64,000 bases of DNA from Eledone cirrhosa (Eukaryota): positions 190,030,001-190,094,000 of the forward strand of contig OZ024743.1 in the NCBI GenBank assembly GCA_964016885.1, read 5' to 3'. Below the pieces are notes generated by a model. It saw only the letters and a list, made by a program, of their open reading frames with translations, was not told the origin of the DNA and did no database searches. The translations under genes and the position numbers were made by a program. Each line of letters opens with the position of its first letter. Positions within the stretch are counted from its first letter, which is position 1. Positions 63,918-64,000 of the stretch are shown here, piece after piece.

Positions 63918-64000
63918 TTGTTTCTACTTTTGGCACAAGGCCAGCAATTACCCAGTACATTACTGGTACTTTATTTTATCGACCCTGTAAGGATGAAAGG
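63918..64000 (-). mobile_element. SINE family A 3' part (cut by the window edge)
   Basis: Reverse complement of the family A body and tail. Confidence 0.88.

Overview
This is an AT-rich, repeat-dominated eukaryotic window. The mix of (TA)n microsatellites, RTE LINEs with (GAT)n tails, tRNA-derived SINEs and Penelope-like elements suggests an invertebrate genome, most plausibly a cephalopod (inference only). No host gene can be supported. Contents: a full-length but frameshifted Ty3/Gypsy LTR retrotransposon (7773-11966, minus strand, 6-bp TSD); a young 5'-truncated RTE LINE with an open RT and a PHD finger inserted inside it; several older RTE pieces; a decayed maT/DD37D Tc1-mariner; a non-autonomous Helitron; two SINE families; MITEs; and many Penelope-like/fold-back insertions next to (TA)n tracts. 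Two observations stand out. (1) Minimal type-I hammerhead ribozyme motifs occur in at least four unrelated repeat families. One has a perfect core and lies in a non-coding 466-bp monomer with a 132-bp terminal redundancy (51415-52012), resembling a retrozyme/circular-RNA cDNA. (2) The Gypsy element has no canonical TGG primer-binding site. Its 5' LTR is abutted by 12 nt complementary to the 5' end of tRNA-Phe, hinting at unconventional priming. All alignments and folds were done by eye.
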